From: Fistulifera solaris
Taxonomy: Eukaryota
Direction of reading: 5' to 3'
NCBI GenBank assembly: GCA_030295235.1
Contig: AP026134.1
Span: 372,001 to 436,000 of the forward strand
DNA: 64,000 bases
The position numbers were made by a program, and so were the translations under genes. Shown here piece after piece: positions 58,001 through 64,000 of the stretch (its first letter is position 1; each line of letters begins with the position of its first letter). Under the pieces are notes generated by a model that had not been told where the DNA came from, searched no databases, and saw nothing but the letters and a program-made list of their open reading frames with translations.

Positions 58001-61000
58001 CTAAAGTCTTTAAGGAGAGTTTTTGAAAAGCTTTACCATAGCCAACACGATAGAAGGACGAAGAGTCTTGCTCTTGTTACCCTTGCTATCAACAACATCC
58101 TTGGTCAACAATTCCTCCAGTTTTGGTAATATCCGATTGTAGAGGGCCCGCTGCACTGCATTCTGCGATTCAATGCTATCGTTGGAATCCTCGGCAGCCG
58201 TAGAAAAATGAAAAGCGTCTAGTAGCGAACAAATCACTCCTGTTAGATATGTTTCTTGGTTGGGATGGCGCTGAAATTGATTCAAAGTTGTCCATAGAAC
58301 CTCGTTATACTTGCTCCACGATAAATGCCGTGCTAAAGCACCAACAGTAGCTGCCCCTTCTAGCGCAAGGGCGCTATCCACTTTCGACGTGGCTTCGTAA
58401 GCAGGGTGCATAGCAATTGGCAGAAGAATATGAGATAGAGACTGGGCTGTAAAACGACACGCACCGTCATCATTTAGAAGGTCATTTCTTAATCGCTGAA
58501 ACGCTTTTGCACGACGATGTATCTGAACGTGAGTAATTGCGAGAAAGAAGTCTAAATCGGGTTCGTCATCCCTGATCAATTGCATCAAGTCACCATGCAA
58601 ATTAGCGCTACATAACCCAACTGCCAAGCCAGCAAGTTCCCTGATAAGAAGAATGAAAAACTTTCTCACCGCAGCATTTTGTGAAGCAATTCCCATTCTA
58701 CAGTGGGGAACAAAGCAGCCTTCAAGAAGTTTTTGGAACTTCTTGCAACCCGAAGATTTAACCATATCAATCGAAACCTCAACAAGTATTTTAAGCGCCC
58801 GGAACGATGTCCGAGCAACAACGCCGTCTTCACAGTAGAGATGAAAGAAGCAGCAATTTACTACGGGAAGAATCAAGAACGGAACGCTCCCATCCTCTGT
58901 TCTGCATAAATTCTTCCACGAAACTGGATTTTCTACGTCGCCTAAGGCAGAAAGAGTCAGAATTACGGTCTCTGTATCAATCTCATCGACCCGCTTGTCG
59001 TTTAACTTATTCAAGTTGACAAGAACGTCAGCTGCTGGCTTGGCAGCTTGACACGACCCGTTTGTTAATGATACAACCAGATGTGCCATTTTCAATCGAA
59101 GGCCTTTCGACATGGTCCCAACACCCCCTTTTGAAGGACCAAAAACTTTGGCTAGCTCCTGATAGTGCTTTTCTGCTGTCTCCTCTGAGAGAACATCGCT
59201 GAATCGCTTTAATATCGACACGATATTTTCCTTAGCGTCGTTGGAGCATCTAGAACCATGGAAAAGATAGGGCGTAAGGAGCACACAAATTCTTTGTCCA
59301 ATCTCAATCACCTTGTCATGCTCCACATCAAATTTTATCAACTCGCTGACTCGGCATAATACTTTCAACTCGCGAAACCAATAAGCCTTTCTGTTTTCCA
59401 GGCTGGTGTCGTTGAGTCTTGTTTGGAATCTTGTGAGCAGAATTACTGCATGCATCTCAACCAGTGCAACTCCTTTTTGGTCATTGCATAACAAGTTTTC
59501 GATAAAAGAAAGGCAATGATCAATTGTCGAAGCACTGCTTGCCGCATCAATGCAATCAATAACAGCTTGAACAGCATACTTGTGGTGTTCTAACAACACA
59601 ACCATATTAGATTGTGATGAAATCGTTCTGAGAAGACCCAGCAAAGCAGGTGCTTTATCTGCAATCACACCCATTCTAGGAAGAATTTGAAGCGCTTTAT
59701 CTAATGTTCTCCAAATATTCTCTGAGAAACACGAGACATCAATACTATTGTCGTAAGCGTGAAAAATTTCACTAAGTCGCCGATAGCAGAGAGCCCGAAT
59801 TTGTCCGGTTTTTTCTATGGGTCTTGCTTCATGCTCGTCCTCGTTCCAATTAGCTAAGTCACACTCGCCATTATTAAGTTCAGCGTTTTGGTCTATACTA
59901 ATCTCCCCAATTTCGTAAAGACTGCACACTTTAAGGACAAGAGTAAGAAAAAGCGGAATGAACGGTCTAGCGCTTTGACCAAAATGAGTAATAACAGCAC
60001 CCAACGTATTAAGAAAACCCTGATGCACCGGAACCGGTAAATGCTCAAACACTGAAAGCGATGAAGACTCAACCTGCTTCTGTAGTGCAAGGAGGTCTTT
60101 TTCTTCTCGTAACCCACTCACCGGGTTAGTCTCCCAATCTGAAATGTATGGGCGTATCATGAGATTGACAAAAATAGATCGCTCCTCAAACGTCCGAAAC
60201 ATCGAAGATAAAAAAAGACATGATAGCGTTTCTTCTTGCTCCAGGAGAATCTTTCGATGATCCTGATGTTGCCTTGGCTGACAATCTTCCAAATAAAATT
60301 CGAGATAAACATGCCAAAAGGTCAGCCCTGTGCTCTGTCGCAATGTTGCCATCTTCATCTGCCGACCTCAGCTCGAGAAGACCTTCCCGAAGTTTTCCTT
60401 TTGACAGTAATTTTCGAAGATGTTCATCATATGGTGACAATGCAGCAGGCTTGTAGCGTTGAATGCAAGACAAGGCCAGGTCTGCAATCGCATAATCAGG
60501 ATGACCCACAAGTTTCGAGTGTATCGAAAAAAGAAGTTCGTGTTTCACAAGCTGCTGGGGCCCTCGCACTAACGCTAAAGCTTTGAGTATCATCTTTAAG
60601 TGGCTTACAACGGCATGCCGGTCGATTGATGACGTGACATCCATGACACTGTAAAAACGGTAGTGAGTTGGAATAATTAGTTTCAAATGAAAACAGAATC
60701 AGCGGCTTGACTTACTTTTTCGCTGATAAATGATCAAAAAGCTTGAGCTCCCTAGCATCAGGATCTCGCGGAGAGTTGGCAAAGTACTGAAGTTGCAAGA
60801 ATTCTATTACCAACGGTACCAATTCTCTTGAATGCTGAATCCAAAGGTCAGGATACTCTTCAAAAACACCCCACAGGGATTGCAGTACGGTTAAGTTATC
60901 CGTCCTCAAGTGTCGTGAAACATTACCTGTATCTGACGCAGTTTTTGTATTTGCAGAAAACAACTGAAAGTCTCTCCCCGAAGATTCATCCCACCGGCTG

Positions 61001-63690
61001 CAAAGTTCAATAAAGGCATGGGGATTTGTTGTTGCGTTCTCGTGTTGAAAGTTTCCCGGCTCCTGTTGCCTATCAGCATTGGGAACCACTCTTACTCGAG
61101 ATGAAAGGACATTCCACAAAAGGGCCAGCTGTACTTGCTGTGTACTTTCAGCAAAGTAACGAGGGCTTTAATACACGCAGACCACAAGGGAGAGAATTTG
61201 AAATTAAGTACACCCAGCATGTGACTGGAAGCAGCTTCTGCATAAACAACAGGCAACTTGCCGCTACGTGCATTTACCTCAACTTTAGAAACCAAAGAGC
61301 AAATGTGTCTTTCATTCTGTAGACAAAGCTTGGTTGTTTCAATCTCAAGCAGTGCATCAATGATATGACAAATCCCAACAGGACCTTTTGAAGAAGCGGT
61401 ACCTGTATTGGAAGTTGAGGGCTCTTCGTCTAGATCCCCGGATAAATCAAGATCAGAGTGATTCACCACAAAGGGCTTCTTCTGTAAACTAGCGAGAATC
61501 TCAAGTGAATGCTGGCGAATAAAATGGCTTTCGTGTTGCAAGTTGGGAATAAGCAGATCAAAAAGCATTTCAGTGTCGGAAGAAAAGGCATGACCACATT
61601 CCCTGCCAGCGCGTACAATAGATGATACGGACTTCAAAGTGAGCAATGATCTGGGATGGTACTTCAAACAATCAAGGATGACTTGATTGATACGATCAAG
61701 AGCGGCTTTGACGATGGTCGGTTGCCCCAAAAGACAACATGCTTGGTATGCAAGGCAACCAAAAGCTTCTATGGTCAAGTTCAAAAATCGGTTCGGGAGC
61801 TGCGATCCAACCGCTCGCTGGAAAGCTTTCTCAATGTTCAACGTAAGCCAATCGGCCACGTTTTTATACGATGCAAAAATATCCGATTTTTGGGTGGCCG
61901 ATTCTGGAACGAGACAAGCGAAGCAGGAGGTTTGAGCAGCAATCGCTGCCTCAACATCATCCTTTCCAAAGAAACCCTCTTGGCTCTTGATATTCATGAA
62001 AACATTCAGTAGTTGTTGTTTGTCGTCGGATGATAAGCAACAAAACTGAGCATTTTCCAAGAAAAGGTATCGATCGTCGTCATGATGCATTTCTCCTTCA
62101 ATCTTGCATCTTGATGTCAACAACGAGTGAACCATGGCTGAAGCCATTTTCCCATTAGACTTTGACACTCTTGTTGAGGCAGATAAAACAAGGCTCCCGA
62201 CCTGCCGCATTGCAACCTCCCGGGGTAACTCAGAAATCAAATCCCTAACAATCACTCCAAACGGCGAGTCTTCACTTGGATGCGCTCCAAGGCTACACGA
62301 CTCAACTAGAATCTCGCACAATTGCTTCCCAATCCCGTCTCTATGGCAGAATTCCGGGGCCATTTTCCACACGTCACAAAGCAGCCGAATAACAGCTTTT
62401 TGATTAACAGGAGGAAGGACGGTAAAGAATTGATTGGCTAAAAGGCGATCTAGCAGGCTGATCAATTGGTCCATCAAAGACTTTTTCTTCTCTGCCGACT
62501 TCACCCCTTTTCATCCGTGCCTGTACTAACTCACTAAGAAGCTCAGTGACATGTAAAAGAGCAGGGAACTTATTGAGTTCCTTCAGATTTTCAGTACATA
62601 GGGTTTTCGACACACGGACGACATCAAGAACAAGCTGTCGAGCCTCTTCGCCTTTTAAATGCGTAAATAATTTACTAAGAAACGCGGAAACGACGTTCTT
62701 GAGCAGATCCAGATTGCCTTTGACCATCGCCCCTCCCACACAATCCAGTGCGCATTTAATAACCACGTTTCCTTTTGAATGAAGCTTCCCCGAAGGGCCT
62801 CGACAAACTTGGAATAAAAGCTGGGAAATACCATCGATCGCGTCTTCCTGTAATCGTTTCGCTGCTTCCGTTCGGGGTTCGTCGGCAGCGGCTAGCGCTT
62901 TCAGAACCCTTTTTAGATGCCGTTTCCTCGCCGAATCAGATTTTAGCTTCCTAATCAAGGGAGCAAAGGTTTCGGCCGATAAGCGACGGACTAATTCGCG
63001 ACGGTGGGCCAGCGTCCGACCGTAATACTGACGCATCTGTTCCAAACAGGGTTCGTCCCCGTCACTGACGATCGACTCGCAGTCGTATCGAAAAATGTAG
63101 GACAATGTGCGAAAAACAGCCTCGACTACCGTGACATCCATGGGGCGTTGCTGTTGATCTTTAGATGGATAGAGCAGATCATCCAAGAAGCGTGGCAATA
63201 TTTTGGTATGGAGGAACTTGTGTATTTCGTGTCGCATATCCCTGGCAAACACCGCATAGAGGTGTAAAATATCGGTGGTAGCGTGGTTAATTGAGAAAGA
63301 TCGAGCCTCTTCCCTATCTTCATCCGGAGAAAGTAAGTATTTGTTGAGTATATCAACGATAGCTTCTGCATGATGCAATACCTCGGGAAGCGATCGGACC
63401 AGATGCCATATCTCGCGATAAAATCTACCGAATACTTCCGACGCATTCCTATCCATGGCAATGTCCAGCTCTTCAGCCAAAGTCGATGTAGAGTCTTCGG
63501 TACCTTTCTCATCATCCTTTCGTTTCGAGTGAACCTGTTCCTCCCGAACGGCGGCCGTCGTCACGCCATATCGTCGTTTGTAGTTTCGGTATATATCAGC
63601 GGAAGCACTTTTGGCGCGTTTACGGGATGAAGCAAACCGGAGACGCGTCTTAGAACGCCCATCCTGATTGAATGTCTTGGTTGTCTCCAT
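55024..63690 (-). CDS. UTP20: U3 snoRNA-associated protein 20 (UTP20/DRIM), large HEAT-repeat protein
   Basis: N-terminal LRFASS; VRSLPEVLHH; DLDFF..ITHVQIHRRAKA; RHLSWSKY; LKEGYRLHV; YPLSDERVEQHL..L.NLQYEYSDGR; C-terminal DPAKAAEQRIKKH. Intron 60715-60649; about 5 frameshifts. Confidence 0.9.
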
Positions 63691-64000
63691 TTTGTTTCAA
63701 CGTTGTTTAATTGTGATTTGTTTCCAGGAAGAAAAATGTGAGAAGAAAATCATAAACGAAAACGTTTTGGTTGGTGACAATTGCGATGAGATCTCGGTTG
63801 ATGACAGACCAAAATCCTCCAGGAATTGTCTTCTCCCTCTAACAATTGTACATCGCGGATCGCGGCGAAGCTCTAGCACATAACTTTGACCCAATCTAGG
63901 TCAACAAACAGGCAATAAATAGCTACATCGATTGTTTATTCTAGTGCTGTGGCTACGAGAAGATTGCGAAGATTGCGAAGATCCCAACGTATAAAGATGA

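Noticed and set aside
63961..63982. AGATTGCGA tandem repeat at the window end as a telomere-like sequence
   Set aside because: Only about 2.4 copies and not a telomeric repeat unit

Overview
Gene-dense eukaryotic nuclear DNA, most likely from a pennate diatom. This is inferred from 65-105 nt GT-AG introns, ASAF/AEAF-type bipartite plastid presequences, DUF6824 and helicase-associated (HA) domain genes, and a diatom-type LRR gene. About 25 genes are recognisable. Housekeeping genes include SMC3, plastid TypA/BipA, cytosolic SerRS, MON2, UTP20, a class I/II aminotransferase, serine dehydratase, an ITP/XTPase, a P-loop kinase, an MFS transporter, a 3R-Myb and an OSCA/TMEM63-like channel. Many genes are broken by 1-bp indels in homopolymers, which looks like long-read assembly error rather than biology. 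The most notable observations: (i) three clustered paralogous secreted proteins at 0.4-5.9 kb sharing signal peptide + R[D/E]LQ pro-site + 14-Cys domain + a strongly conserved basic C-terminal tail; (ii) a Sec63-like protein whose J-like domain lacks HPD; (iii) a TACC[A/T]GGTA palindrome seen six times, only in intergenic DNA; (iv) a cryptic three-unit degenerate repeat at 30.7-31.2 kb; (v) a tandem-ApaG protein with a probable plastid presequence; (vi) an in-frame TGA in the channel gene. No rRNA, tRNA, CRISPR array or intact transposon was recognised. All family assignments come from motifs recognised by eye, not from database searches.
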